Positions 38,181 through 52,259 are shown, counted from the stretch's first letter. The stretch: 64,000 nucleotides of DNA from Lama guanicoe (GCA_013239625.1 MU054187.1:23684795-23748794); one strand, 5' to 3'. A program made the numbers and translations. The notes: a model not told the origin generated them from the sequence alone.

Positions 38181-40429
38181 CTTGATATAGAAATCCCCTT
38201 CTGCCTTAAACAGTTTGATAACCCATAGGCTGAGATGAGTTACATAAATGAACCAATTAAAAGGCAACATGAAAGCAAGGGCATTATATAGAAATGACAA
38301 GGTGTTACGTGTCGATATAAAATAACAAAGCATGGTGGGAAATATTTGTCAATAAATTAAAAATTATTTTAATGTATTCTTTATGTCTAGCAAAGTACAA
38401 AATTAAAGAGGAGGGAGATACAGAGGGAAAAAAAAGAGTTTATGCTCTTTTCCTAATCCTTGAGTGGTATTTATTGAAGGGAGGGAGTAAAACAAATTTA
38501 TACAAGACATACATGAGAACGCAGTTCTAAATAGTGAAGTCCTTGTTTAAATGAGCCAGGATAATAGAAGACTTTTTCAAAGTAGAATGCAAGTTAAAAG
38601 CTGTTGGGTTCTCAGCAAGAAGGGGTTTCTCACTGCAAGAAACCTGCTCATCAAAGAAAATACTAGAGCTCAGAACAGAGAGATACATTAACAGAGTGTA
38701 TATGGAAGGCAAGATATGGGGAAGGGCTTGCAATAAAATATTCAGGTAACGTCCAATCAAATAGGCAAACAAGAATTGCTAAACCATTTTATATAGGAAT
38801 AGGCATCTGGAGAAGATTATCTTCAAAATTTTGCATAGAATTGGCCATGGGGTGAGACTGGGTGCAAAGAGATGACAGATAACACAGGGTTTGAGTCCAG
38901 CTGTAAAACTGTAAGGGCTTGTACACGTGAGGTGGCCTGGAGACCTGTGCTTTTAAGGAGCCACCCTAAGGAAATGAAAGTAGGAAATCCTAAATTCAAA
39001 AGATAATCTCAAATTAGTGATTAGTAGTAATGACATTTTTTACAAGCTTTTTAAAATTCATCAGTGTGAATTCGGTGAGCAATGAATAAATAAATGAATG
39101 TTTAAGGTTCTAGAAATACAGAAATAAAATGCTAAGACAGACGTATAATAATTATAGCAATGTTGTAAGGACCCAGGTAATCACACATCCAGGCTGTTTT
39201 TATATTTAACAATGTGGAAGAAGTAGTTGATTTTCCCTGAGGTTCTTGGAGAAGACATCACAAAAGTAGTGGTTCTCAGAGGACATCCTGAAGCAAGAGT
39301 AGAAACAATAGACAGATAAGAAAAGGAAGGGTATTTCAGACCTGTGTGCAGTGGAGATATAAATGTAAAGATTCGGAGGTCAACGTGATACAAAGCAAGG
39401 TCAAGGTCAGAGACGGCATGGCTGTTCAGAGATCGATCAAGAAGTCTCGTGAGCCATTTCAGGCTTTAGACTATATCTGAAATTAATTCTTGGAAGGAGA
39501 TAATTGAATGTCACTACCTTTGTTGTACATTTGCTAATTCTGTGGAAATAGCCACCTTCTAGAAGGTCTCATATTTTTTTACTTCATATGTTCCATTAAG
39601 CATTTAATATCTGCTGTCATTGTAGACTTTATATTTAGTTCAATAAGCCTGATACAACAGTTCTCCATAGGGACTCAGTTGGGTACTTGTGGAGAAGTAA
39701 TCACTTTCCTTGTCGGGTGAATTTGTGATTCCATTTCTCATCTGTTAAGGGGCAGAATTATAAAGACGTTTCTATTCTCAGATCTTAGTAGTGTTAGCTT
39801 CTTAGCTGGTGGTCTTCTTGGAGAAGGACTTGATTTCCTGTCAACAGGAGGTTAAAATATAGACTATCACTCTTCCCTCTGGAGTGTTAATGACATCTTT
39901 CCTCACAACTCTTGACTCTCACTGTGTGTGCTTTCTGTTGCATGCTTTTTCTTCTCACAATTCACAAAACTAATGAGCAGAAACTAATAACCTCAGAATT
40001 ACATGTGGATGAAGAACAGATAATCCAAAAGAGACTAAGAAAGTGAATAAGGAAGCCAAAAGAAAGGTTAATAGCAATTCAACAAAATATTACATGGGGG
40101 TGAAAAGGTCTAATGAAATAAATGGTATAACTCTCCAGAGGCAAATGACAGACACTTAAAAGTGAGCAGTTGAATGGCATGCTGGGATATTTGAATATTC
40201 GTAACTACCAAAAATAGCATTGGAGGTAAATAATATATTAGAACCATCGAGACAGATTTCTTATTAAACAGGAGCTCTGTAGCTTAGGGATGAGTTCCAT
40301 AGCTTGGAAAGTTAAATAACCTTGTTCATCTGCCTGTCATATCAGTTTATGTGCTTTCTTCCCTACTTGCATCAGTTGAGCCAGCATTTTTTTTTTAATT
40401 CACAGAAAATTGAATTAGTGCTAAGCCAT

Positions 40430-40620
40430 GGGCGTTCTCTCATGCATCTGTTATTAGCAGGGGCATGCGTGTGAGGAACCATCATCTAAAGCCTTGTTAT
40501 TTAAGGCGTGCTCTCTGGTGGAACCTTAAGGTCTCAGAGCTTGTCAGAAATGCTGAATCTCTGGCTGCACCAAAATCCCTGGATGATTCATACACAGGAT
40601 AAAACTGACAAGCTGCTAGG
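40430..40620. mobile_element. MER5-like hAT-Charlie fragment
   Basis: 'gagcttgtcagaaatgctgaatctctggctgcacc...gatgattc'. Confidence 0.5.
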
Positions 40621-41169
40621 CATTATCATGGCCTGGGAAGTTAGGGTGATTTTTTTTTCAGTTTCTTTCATTGATTTATGCCCTCTTTTCACCTCCATAA
40701 CTATGAGTGTTTCTCGGGTATTTGCTTTTCTGCTCAATTCTTTGTTCATTCATTCCTTCTCAGAACATTTATTAACTACTGTAAAATACCCAGAAATTGA
40801 GTAGGTAGAAAGGTAAATGGGAAGTGAGTTACGACAGGCCACCTCAGCTGGTTAGGGTATAAGACAGATGAGACTGAAGACCTGGACTTCTTTAAAGTTG
40901 TTTTCACTTGGATTAACTATCCATATAAACAAACAGCTAGCAGTGCAAAACTTAGGGGCAATATTTTGACATGAGTCACTGAGTGGAAGCAGCCTTTGGT
41001 GTCTCCCCATTTCTTCTTCATGAGGCACCTGAAGTTTGGAGGTCCAGGATGACTGGGAAGCATGATGAAGCCATCAGCTGAGAGAAGGAAAGTGACAGTG
41101 GGGGTACATGCTTTTGTACCCTTAGGCTGTTGGGGGAGCCTTGTCTGTGCCCATAGGTGTGTCCATCAC

Positions 41170-41830
41170 CCTATAAGGCCATTCCTCCAGCACAATTACA
41201 TTCCTCCCAGTGACCTTGGTTTGCCTTAACACATACCAGGATTGGCAGAAGCTCAGAGTCTACTACCTCTGCCTTTCCCTCACTCCACCATCTCCCTCAG
41301 AATGTCTCTTCACTTTCAAGTTTTATCTGTTACCTCCACTCTGGTGACTCTCAGATCTTCAGCCTTAAACTCAATCCCTTGGTCTAGAATTCATATCATC
41401 CCTTTCACCTAAACTCGGTATGTTCCCCAAACAAGCTCATCTCACCTTTTCCTTAGATGATATATCCCTTAGTTCCCCCAGTTTCATCTGGACCAACTTT
41501 TCCCCTCAACCTTGAACACACCTTTGACTTTAATACTAGTCTGCGCTCCTTGCTGAGTCACCAGTATCTGTCACGTCTCCGTCCAGTGCCACTATGATTC
41601 ATTCCTTCACCTGCACCACTGTTTATCACTGTCCCTTATAAATCCATACTCTTGCATCCCATGACTAACCACTGCAGTCGCCTCCAATCTGTTGTGAACG
41701 CATACGTTCTTTTTTTTTAACATTCTTTATTGAGTTATAGTCATTTTACAATGTTGTGTGCATACGTTCTTTTTTGTCTCCAATTATTCTTTATGCCAGT
41801 CCATTGACAGCTCCCTCTTTTACTATTCTT
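41170..41830 (+). mobile_element. L2 LINE fragment
   Basis: Pyrimidine-rich L2-like sequence ('tgactctcagatcttc', 'cacctaaactcggtatgttccccaaacaagctcatc'). Confidence 0.45.
41700..41775 (-). mobile_element. Ultra-short young L1 3'-end insertion with 16-bp target-site duplication
   Basis: gcatacgttctttttt at 41700-41715 and 41760-41775 flank ~44 bp resembling the L1 3' terminus at ~56230-56275. Confidence 0.85.
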
Positions 41831-42329
41831 CTATATCACTTTCAACATAGACATGGCATTTATAAGTTCAAAGGAAATTTAAAGTTCTTTTCTTCGAATT
41901 CTTCTTTATTCTGAAGAGGAGCTTTAGTGGGGTTAAATAAGTCATGTGACTGGTTGACAGAGGTAAAAGACACATGTATTCTGATGTATAGCTTATTGCA
42001 TTTTTGTTGAGATATAGTTGATTCACAGGTTGTGTTCATTTTAGGTGTTATAGCTGATTGCATTTTTTAAAAGAAAAACATTCATTATAAACTACTTAGA
42101 CATGCAAGAGAACACCATGAACAAACAAGTCAGCTTAAGAGATAGTTTAATTGCCATTTTTCCCATGTCATATCAATAATTATGGTAGACTAAAATTGAA
42201 TAATACTCTGCAGATTATCAGACCTGTCATGGCTTAGTGAGTGGTGACAGATGTGATGAGAAAGGACATATTCTGTACGTGGCTGGTAAAATGGAGAAAA
42301 GGAATTGAGAATTCCTTTAGACACTGCAT

Positions 42330-42480
42330 AGCTTTTGGAAAATCATTGTATTTCTAAATTTCATTTTCTTCAGCTATAAAATGGGATTTCGTGCTCTGGG
42401 TAGTTGCAAAGATTAAATGAGATATTATGTGTGGAAGCTTTCTGTAAATTTTTAAATAGTAAACAACATAAGGTATTACT
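42330..42480 (-). mobile_element. MIR fragment
   Basis: 'ttttcttcagctataaaatggga...gttgcaaagattaaatgagata'. Confidence 0.55.
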
Positions 42481-45400
42481 ATACCATGGGACTATTGTCT
42501 GCTAGACATACAGCAAGCAAGCAGCAAAGACTCATTTGAGACTCTGGTTGATGAAAGAAGTTTAAAACAAAAAGAAAGAAAACACAGTAAGAAATGTTCA
42601 TGCTATGAGAACATTCCTAATAGGTCATACTGCAGAGTAACAAATGCTGTGTGTTTAACTGGTATTAATAGAAGCGATAAAGGTTTTCATTTCTTAGCAA
42701 AAAGAAGGGAGCTATAGAATGGCAGTCTTTAACATTGTTACCAAAATATAATTAGTCCCTTTTGAACTATTACGTAGCATATTAAATGGACTTTTTATTA
42801 GTTCATGGGCAAGAAAAGGAAGTGGAAAATAGAATGGAAATGAGATTGGCATCCGTAAAAGCTGTAAGATCACAATAAAAATGTATGATTTAGAAGTGAA
42901 TACTTTAGATTAAATTAGAAGCATTGAATTGGAATCTAAACTTATGGAGTTCAGAAAACCTTTTATGAGCTAATTTCCAACAGTAATGAGAAACTAAACA
43001 TCTAACTTGAAATGTCCTTTTTCTACACATAAGATCAAAAATAAATGTGAATTAACCCATAACAGTATAGTTATAATTAGAAGAAGGCGAGTAATAGAAA
43101 GATGAGAAAAGATGCTGGATAATCTTAGTTCTAGTAACATCTAGTGTCTCCATTGTATATGTCATCATTTTGAAATGATTTAACCTCACTTATCTTTTGA
43201 TTCCCTTAATGCTGGAATAGGCAGATTCATTCATATATTGATTGCTTCTTAGTATTAAGACATTTGATATGATGGTGAACTTGATTGTCTACTACATCTT
43301 TCACTATCTGACTCATCTTTCCCCATTTGTTGGAGAGCATTCTAATGGTCTAATAGTCTCATAGGAAGTAACTATTCAAAAGCATTTATAAAATTTCCCC
43401 CAAAAGATTCACTTTCCCTATCCTATGTTACATATTGTCATTGTTTTATTAATATCATTAAGATATCTGATTTTGTTTATATTGGAATAGTTGGGTTTTT
43501 ATATGTCATTCACAAGGTCAAAAATAAGTGATTCATTGTAAATTATAAAGTAATTGGTGTCTGGGAATCTGAAGACTTATAAGAAATTATCTCTTCCTTG
43601 AAAAAATAGCTAGTCATTTCAAATGAGCTAAGACTTACAGAAGTTTTGTTTATGTCATCAAAATGTAAACAGTGTGATTTCAGTATGAGTGTATGTCACT
43701 GTCAGGAAATTGTAACTTGACATTAATATTTATTTAATATTTATTTCTTGGTAAAATATGTTACTGTTTTCTATAAGATTAAAACTCATCTAAAGAAATC
43801 TTAAAAATGAATTTAAAAAAATCTAAATTTTTACACTCAATATTTTCTTCAATATCAACTATCATCATATAGTTCTAAGTAAATCATCATCTTGTTAACC
43901 CAAGGAGTCAAAAAAAATTTTTATGCCTTGGCTTAAATTCTTACAGTTTCCATAGGACCAAATACACTACCTATAGATAGAATTTAAGTGTTACTATAAA
44001 AACATTCTAGAGGAGAAATATATGTATGAACAATAATGCTTTTGAAACTTTATCTGTATCAAAGTTACATCTACATTTGCACCTTTTCAATTTCTTTTAC
44101 TTTTTAAAAATTCTTTGTCCAGTTATGTTAAAGATAACTTATTTTCTACCTTAAAAGACTCTTACTCAGATGCTTGTTTCACTTTGGAAAATAAGACAAT
44201 GTAGTTAGCTGGATATTGTTTACATGAAATTTTGACTAAAATTTAAAATTTCATTTAAATTGAGTTGGGACTAAACTTCATAGGATTGTGAGGACTGAAC
44301 TGTTAAGTCTAAAATTTATAGAAACACTTCATTGGGTGGAAAGGGAGTGGATGGCTAATTCCATGCTTACACACAATAAAAAAATTCAATAAATATAGTC
44401 ATTTAGCAACTTCTTCACAATATCTAGGAATGGGAATTTGTCTACAAAGTAAAGTGGTCAGTGAAGCTCCCAAGAGCATTTATACGACCTTTGGGATTTT
44501 GATCAACTTATTCATAACAAAATTACATAGTTTTTCATGGCTAAAATCATTTAAAATGTACATATAACACCCAATCAGGAATGTCATTCAAGTATCTCCA
44601 TTTAAAAATGAAATTAAAAATATGAAAACTCATGATATGGGAGGTACAAGAGCAGAAAAATGTATTTGAAATCTGCTTATGAACCTACAATTGATTTAAA
44701 CAAAATAACCCATAAATTCAGTTCCCATAAAAATGTTAAATTTCAAGTTTTCTGGAGACTTTGAAGACATTAGACAATTTATTTTCCTGTCCAGGATTTG
44801 AATCTTCTCTACAACATCTTCATTTTTTTTTAATTGAAAAGAACTCCATTATTACATCATAATCACTTAAATATTTATGAGTGCTCCCTAAAATTTCATG
44901 CTGAAATTAAATGTAAATTGTTCTCTATGCAAACGAAATCTGTATTTTCAAAGTATTGTTATTTCTTGATCCTCTGTTATTGTAACACAATGGCTTAAGG
45001 TTATTAAATTCAATTTTAATAATTTTCCAAGTTTTATTTGTCATTGATGTATGTACTTAGCTATATACCGTAACCTTAATCAGAATATAAGACCTTATTT
45101 CTTGTCTCTTAGGATATGAATATAATCTGTAGAGAATAAGATTAATACCTTCTTCAGGAAAGATATTATAGGCTTTCTTTAATGAGTTTTAGGTCCCTAT
45201 ATAGAACCACACATTTTTGTTCTTTTTTCATCTTAGAGTAAATGTGACCTTTCAGTCAGGAGGCCCTGGTGGATATTGGAAACTGCACCGAGATGGTGGT
45301 CTAGAGAGTACGTCTTAGTTCTAGCTTTGTCAATAAGTAGCTGATGGAATTTAAGCAAGCCTGTCAAACATTCTTTGCTTAATATATTCTAATTGCCAAA

Positions 45401-45947
45401 TGTAGAATTTGAATCAGATAATTTCTGAAGTAGCCTAAATTTCTCAACTTCTGAGAATGTATAAATTGATGTTAACTCAAGGTCATAATCAATACCCATC
45501 TTGCTAAGAGTTCAGAAATAATAATATTGTACTAGATACAATCTAACCTAAAATGTTGTTGATTTAGTAAGTTTCATACCCTGCCTGTAATAAGTAGATG
45601 AAAGTATATTTTGGATTACCCTGAAATAAATTCAGAGGAACACATGAATAGATGTAAAACTAAGGGAGCTGTCTCTACATGAGGCTTCTTTTCTTTTTTT
45701 CCCTCCATTTTCTGTTTTATTAGGTAGAATTTTAAGTTTGCCCATACACATTATATTGCATACATATATGCAGTACACTGCACATTTTTTAGTTTACACA
45801 TATGTACGAATTACTGTTTCTAAGAACAGATTAGATCTTTAGATTTTTAAACTTGCATAGTTATCAAAGGAATAAATTTTGATCAAAAGCTGTGCTGTGC
45901 CTGTGTGTCTGAGTGTCTCTGTGTACGCGTGGCACCTTTGCCTGGCT

Positions 45948-45963
45948 CGACCACTAGGGGTCA
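45948..45963 (+). promoter_or_regulatory. Candidate CTCF site
   Basis: cgaCCACTAGGGGTCA is one mismatch from the CCACTAGGGGGCA core, inside a small GC-rich patch. Confidence 0.4.
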
Positions 45964-46015
45964 TCATAATGCGCATGTCTGAGGGGAGGAAGGCTTTTCA
46001 GCCTGTTGGTGCTTG

Positions 46016-46040
46016 CTTTCTTTCCTTTCTTTTTTCTTCT

Positions 46041-46078
<38 letters not shown>
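46016..46078. repeat. Polypyrimidine / poly-T tract
   Basis: ctttctttcc... followed by more than 30 consecutive T. Confidence 0.9.
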
Positions 46079-46080
<2 letters not shown>

Positions 46081-46675
46081 CATGATAATCACTTTTCTAA
46101 TAGATTGTATAACTTAAAAGAGAACCTCTATTTAAAAATAGCTTTTTATGTTGACATATATGTGAAGTTATTCTACCATAAGAATTTTCTTGGATAGAGA
46201 AAAAAAACTGTTTTTCTTCCCATCCCCCTTTCAATTGCTTCCAGTTTAGCATCTTCTTCTCATTTCAAACTTCCTGTATTTAGTTTCCCTTTTGTATTAT
46301 CAGGTGTTCAGGGATATCAATAAAATTTCCAGGTATTTTAGAATACATCAGTATATTGGATTTAACATAAAGTGTCTACCTATTTGTAAACAAATGCCTG
46401 TTTTTAATTCAATAAAATGAATTAGAGATAGGTTATAATAAATGATTGTATATCATACTTTATTATAAAAGTGAAAAAAGGTAGGTTTATGATGACAAGT
46501 ATGATACTCATGTGTAAAGAACTTAGCAATTTCTAAATTTCGTGATGTAAATGTTTTTTCACATCTCCCTGATGGGCAACTGACATAGTTCTAACATGCA
46601 AAATTATAAAATGATTTTTAACACTGATTGATTAAAAAAACACAGGTTTATTAGCCCTGTATGAAATACTTAGTT

Positions 46676-46862
46676 TAAGGTTGCCACATTTAGCAAATAA
46701 AAATACAGGGCTCACAGATAAATGTGAATTTCAGATAAACAACAAATCATTTTTAGTGTAAGTATATCCTATATAATATTTGGGACATGCACTAAAGAAT
46801 TATCTATTATTTATCTGAAATTCAACCTTGACTGGGTGTCTTATATTTACATAGAAACTCTT
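46676..46862. mobile_element. MER53 palindromic hAT MITE
   Basis: 'ggttgccacatttagcaaataaaaatacagg...gaatttcagataaac...tttatctgaaattc' matches recalled MER53 consensus; internal inverted symmetry visible. Confidence 0.85.
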
Positions 46863-47974
46863 CTTAGGGTATAAATATGTCCAACTGACTAAAGTTATTT
46901 CTAAACTATATGTATCATGAGATAGAGTTTCATCTCAGTTATTTAGAAGGCAAACTTTAGGCTTCCTTATGGTGAAAGAAAGGAGTACAATCAGAATTAC
47001 AAGCTAATAGGCAGGAGGAAGGAAAGAAGATTGGGAAGGAAGGAGGAATGGAGAGAAAGTAAAAGGGAAGGAAGAAGAAACTAACGAATGTCTCTGGCTC
47101 TGCAAAAGTGACCTGTGAACATCCAGCAACTGAGAGAAACCTAGCAGAACATAAGAGAAAAGGATTATGCCTCACAATTCAGAAATTGGTATACTTCCTA
47201 CCAGGTGAAAAGCAACACTTACATTGGCAAACAATTGTACAAAAGCTGGGAATTATATGGGAGAGAGGTTAGAAAAGCAAAATGAATAAAAGACAGATGA
47301 TGGAAAAAAGATAAAAGGGAGTTACAAAGAGCCTAAGTAATGTCAGTAAGTGTGGAAGTCTTAACACAAATGGAGATCCAGTGACTTGAATCAGCACTGG
47401 TCTGGGTGAAGGTGTGATGGAGTAGGTCAGTCTTTCATTCTCAGGAACTTCCACGAGCATCAGTTACCACATTAAAGCCGTATTATCATTTGGCCAATCT
47501 TACAGCATGTTAAGAGTAGAAATTAGGAAGGTGATGGCAAAACCATTTTTAGTTCAGTTTAGTCACCAAGAATATGAATCTGTCTTGCCACAAATCTGCA
47601 AATTTCAGTGATATGAGAGAAATTATGTAACTTGCCTAAAGTCACAGAGCAAGTAAAAGAGTAGAGTCAGGATTCAACCCCATGTTTTACAACAAAAGTC
47701 TCATATTTATTTCACTTAGCAAAATTATCATACCAACCAACGTATTTATTTGGCCAGGAGGGAGAGTCACTATGGTAGAAATGAGTTAAAACATAATGCA
47801 ATAGAGGTGTTGCCTCTCGTGGTAGTTTATTCAAGGAGAGCAAACCCAAGTGAACTTGTTTTGAAATCCAACTAATGAAAAGATGAAAGAATTCCCTTAT
47901 TATCATCTCATCCTAATGGAAAAGACAAAAATGTTTTATATGAAAATACTTAGGACTGAGTCACATGCAAAGAG

Positions 47975-48110
47975 ATACAAGAAAACTCTGTTACCTTGAT
48001 AGTGGTGATATTATGAAGGGTGTTTGTATATGTCTAAACTCATCAAACTACACATTAAATATGTGCAGTTCCTTGTATATCAATTACATTTCTATAAAGC
48101 TGTTAAAAAT
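47975..48110 (+). mobile_element. L1M 3'-end fragment
   Basis: 'aaactcatcaaactacacattaaatatgtgcagttccttgtatatcaattac...taaagctgttaaaaa'. Confidence 0.7.
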
Positions 48111-48469
48111 GAATGAAAAATTGAAATATTTCCATTTAAGAAATACAACAAAATCAGTTATCAAATTTTAAGCAAAAGGAAAAAAGGGGAAGATTAGCTT
48201 TAATCTTATGAAATTGTAGAATTCTGAGCAGTTTATCCCTGGGAGAGTTTGGGAACAATTGAATGTAGAATGTACACAATGTTGATGAATTATTGACCAT
48301 TTGCACATGGACAAGTGTTGCAATTAGTAAATATCTTCAGTGTACCGGTCACCTACTTAGAGAATCTTTCTAAATTCTTATCTCAGAGTCCTCTCAATCC
48401 CATTCCCCTTGCCAGTCACTGTGATAAATTATTAGTTTATCTCCACCTACCTCCTCCAATTTCCAGCCA

Positions 48470-48578
48470 AAAAAAATGTAAGCTCTAAATTGTTTGCTAC
48501 CATATCACCAGGATCTAGTGTAATGGTTACCTCAGAAAGGAGAATGCTAAATCTTTATTGAAAGAATGAATGAATGAT
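48470..48578 (+). mobile_element. L2 3' end
   Basis: 'atgtaagctc...taaatctttattgaaagaatgaatgaatga'. Confidence 0.55.
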
Positions 48579-49457
48579 ACTTACATAAACCAATCCAATG
48601 CCTATCAAATACAATATTTGTATTATGCTCTGAATTTTACTGTGTTTTAAGATGGACCCTTGGGTCCCATATTACCTTGTTTCTATTGTTTAGAACAATC
48701 TACCTCCTGCTTTTGAACTTCAATAGTATGTTGAGTATAAAAATAATAGATCATTCTATCAGGTAATGAAACTCCAATATTGGAGATTTCTGAGGCTTGT
48801 CATATAATTACATATCTTATTTCATTTGCTTTTAATTTTGGAAGCCTGTTAACTGTTTTGGGTTTTTTTTAAATTATTTTTAATCAATTTCCCTAGAAAG
48901 TGTTACACTTGCTTAATCTTGTAAAATTCAGAGGTGTCATTATTTCAATGAATTTCTTTCTTTCATATTTTTGAATTTTTTCTTTCATTTGTTTTGTTGT
49001 CTATTCAGAAATATGTGCATCCTGGAGTTCCTTTTTTCCCCATATATAATGCTTTCCTTTAATCATTCTAAACCATTTGTTTCTTGCATTTTATTTCCCA
49101 TTATTTTTTTCAATTTTCAAGCCTCTTACCCATACCATTCTTTCTTTTTTTTCAATGCTTGTAATATAGCATTTATTCATAATAGGGTAATTTTTTTTAT
49201 TTTTAATCAAACAGGCAAATAAGAATAATTTAAACTATTAATCCCTAAATAATCCATGAGACATAGTTGTATAGGTCTCCAGAAATTCATCTAAGTTTTC
49301 TATGTTTTAAAACTATTTTCACACTTACTACCAGTTAAAATGTCTCAATGTTCTGGATTGTTGCATCAAGCAGAAAACTGATGAGAGGTACAAGTTTTCA
49401 TTAAGTAAAAATCTTTTACATGGAAGAGAAAAAAATACTATTATGCTCCATAAACTT

Positions 49458-49699
49458 TCTGAGCATCAGCAACTGCCTCCTAATTTCAGTGGTAACAAGA
49501 TACCTCAGGCAGGAACTCGCCAGCTTCCCTTGACCCTGTTCAGTCATATATAATCCCCCATGAATTGTTTTCATCCTTTCTTATTCAACAAATATTTTAG
49601 CACTATTTCTGAGAATACATAGTTGCTGTGGAACTATAATAGTACTAGCTAATCTGATGAATATAAGCAAGTATTCAAATTTCAATAAAATACATACAC
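49458..49699 (+). repeat. ~240-bp direct repeat, copy A
   Basis: Colinear with 51244-51486, including the identical block ttcagtggtaacaagatacctcaggcaggaact. Confidence 0.92.
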
Positions 49700-51243
49700 A
49701 AAAATATTTAATGAGCACTTAGTGTGTGTAGATTATTCATGAAGCTCCACGGATCATAATGAATAAGCCATGATCTTTTTCTCAAGGAGCTATGAAGACT
49801 ATTCAGAGAGCTAAGAGACATCCAGGAAGAGCAATGTTATTTCACTTAATTTTTAGTTTAGTAGTGATGTGACTTAAAAAACAAGATTTGATATCAGATA
49901 AATGGCAAAGACATCTGGCTTCTCCATTTACTTACTGGTATATGTCAAGATCTGTGTCTGCAGAACCAGGCCAATAAGAGCTAGCTCGTAGGGAATTTTT
50001 ATTAGCATAATCCCTGGTAAAAACTAAACAGTCAGTCAAAGTCTGTTCCCCCTTTCCTTCCATAGGAAGTTGTGATAATCAGTTGGTCTATTAATCGTCA
50101 CCATGTCATGTGGTTCATGTCTCAAAAGCACTCACATTAGAAGGTGGTGTCTTCTTTTCCAGTGTTTCTCCAGGTCAAAGTTCAAGATATCTTGGGTGAT
50201 GAAAAAGATGTCTTGGGCAATGTCTTTCATCATGACTCTGGACTCACTGTTATCACACCTCCTAATAACCACAGTGTTGTTTATAGACAGAAAATATAAT
50301 GGGTTGGTAAGAAAGTAGATGTGATCATCAATCTAACTTGCCCATATATTTCTTAATCCAAAGAGAGAGTCTCATTTCATAGCCCAGAAAATTAATTCCA
50401 GATTGTTTAAGTAAATTGCTCAAAGTTAAACCAACTGACCTCTTGACTCTTACTTCATTAGTTTTTCCATTAAATCATTTGTGTGTTGCATTTAGAAACT
50501 AGATCCAAAGATTTGGGGATATAAAACACATGAATATATGTAAAGATATTACTCTTGCTAATTCTTAAACCATCATGGATTTTCTCTCTCTTGCTTTTTC
50601 TAGATTGAAATAGTTCTTCAGGTTGGAGAAGAGAGAATGAAAATTTATTTTGAGTAACAAACTTTTTGTCTGTTGATAGATGGCTTAAACAAAAATCACC
50701 CCGGAACAGTTTCTATCCAGCCTTGAATTACTCTTACTCTGAATATAGCTTTAAAAATGTTAAATCTTTTTTTATTACTCAGAGTTTGTTAAATGTAACC
50801 TGTGAGCGTTGCTATCCAGACACCATTATTCCTTTTATGTTGCATATTTTAAAATATTTTCCTGATTATGGTCTTATATAATAAGAGCACAATTGTAAAA
50901 ATAATTAGGAATTTACAAAATGTTTGTATTACTAGTTAAATCACTACAGTAAATCAGAATTCACTATCCAGATTGTATAAAAATTGTAGTTCCTAGCTAA
51001 CAAGAAGTACATTTCTGTAAAGTGCCACCTTTGAGGAAAAAAGCACTGCCCCATTCCCTCCAAAATAGTGTTTCAATGTGTCATTTTTGTGAAGCAGCTC
51101 TTCGTATGGAACCCATTAAGTCACTACTACAATTAAATATAAGCAGATGTTACCAAATACAACACTTGCTAGCTTTCTTAACTAAAGCATGTTATTACAT
51201 GGTAAACAGGCATTCATCTTTCTCAGACTCGAATTTAAGGCCC

Positions 51244-51486
51244 TCTGAGCATCAGCACCTGCCTCCTTCCTTCAGTGGTAACAAGATACCTCAGGCAGGA
51301 ACTTGCCAGCCTCCCTTGACCCTGTCCAGCTCACACGCAATCCCACATGAATTGTTTCCATCCTTTCTTGTTTAACAAGCATTGTAGCACTGTTTCTGAG
51401 AACACATAGTTGCTGTGAAACCATAACAGTACTAGCTAATTTGGGGAATAGAAACAAGTATTTGAACTTCAATAAAATATGTACAC
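51244..51486 (+). repeat. ~240-bp direct repeat, copy B
   Basis: Colinear with 49458-49699. Confidence 0.92.
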
Positions 51487-51545
51487 CTTGGAGGTTGACT
51501 GTATATTACTACGTAAGTTACAAGAGAAGTCACCTGTTCACTTTA

Positions 51546-52162
51546 CAGATCTTCCTAGATTGATGATGATCATCCTAGATCAACTCACAATAAGTTGGAA
51601 ATACCATAATCAAAATGTGTTTAATACCCCTAATCTACCAAACATCATAGCCTAGCATCCCTTAAACACATTCAGAACATGCACATTAGGTTGGGCAAGA
51701 TCACCTAACACAAAGCCTGTATTATAGCAAAATGTTGACTGGCTCATGTAACTTATTGAATTAGTATTAAAATTGACAAACAGAATGGTTGTAGTTTAGT
51801 TTGTGTTCTGTTTTTACATATATATTAAATTATAATTTAATATATATTCATGTATATTAAATATATTATATATATTATAATTTATAATTATAATATAATA
51901 TAAATTAAATATATATATGTATACACACACACCCATAGTGGAATACTACTCAGCCGGTTTAATAGTTCTTTACCCCTCTGATCACGTGGCCGACTGGGGC
52001 TGTGGCTCCACAGCCCGGTGTCGCGAGAGAGTATCGCAATGTGTATGGCTAGCCCAGGAAAAGATCAAAGCTCAAAGTACTCTTTCTCCTGAATGCTTAT
52101 GACTTTCTCACCATTAAGCTGAAAAATTGTAAGCTGAATCATCTTAAGTCGGAGACAGTGTG
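51546..52162 (+). mobile_element. MER47/Tigger5-like TcMar-Tigger element, interrupted by AT-rich insert
   Basis: TA|cagatcttcctagattgatgatg...atcttaagtcggagacagtgtg|TA with TA flanks; internal sequence matches recalled MER47. Confidence 0.8.
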
Positions 52163-52259
52163 TAATTCTATAGATAACAGCACCAAACGTATATGGGAAG
52201 TATTTGCGTGAAGAAAGGTAGTCTTGATTCCAATGCCCTCCCTAAAAGAGTCAATGAAA

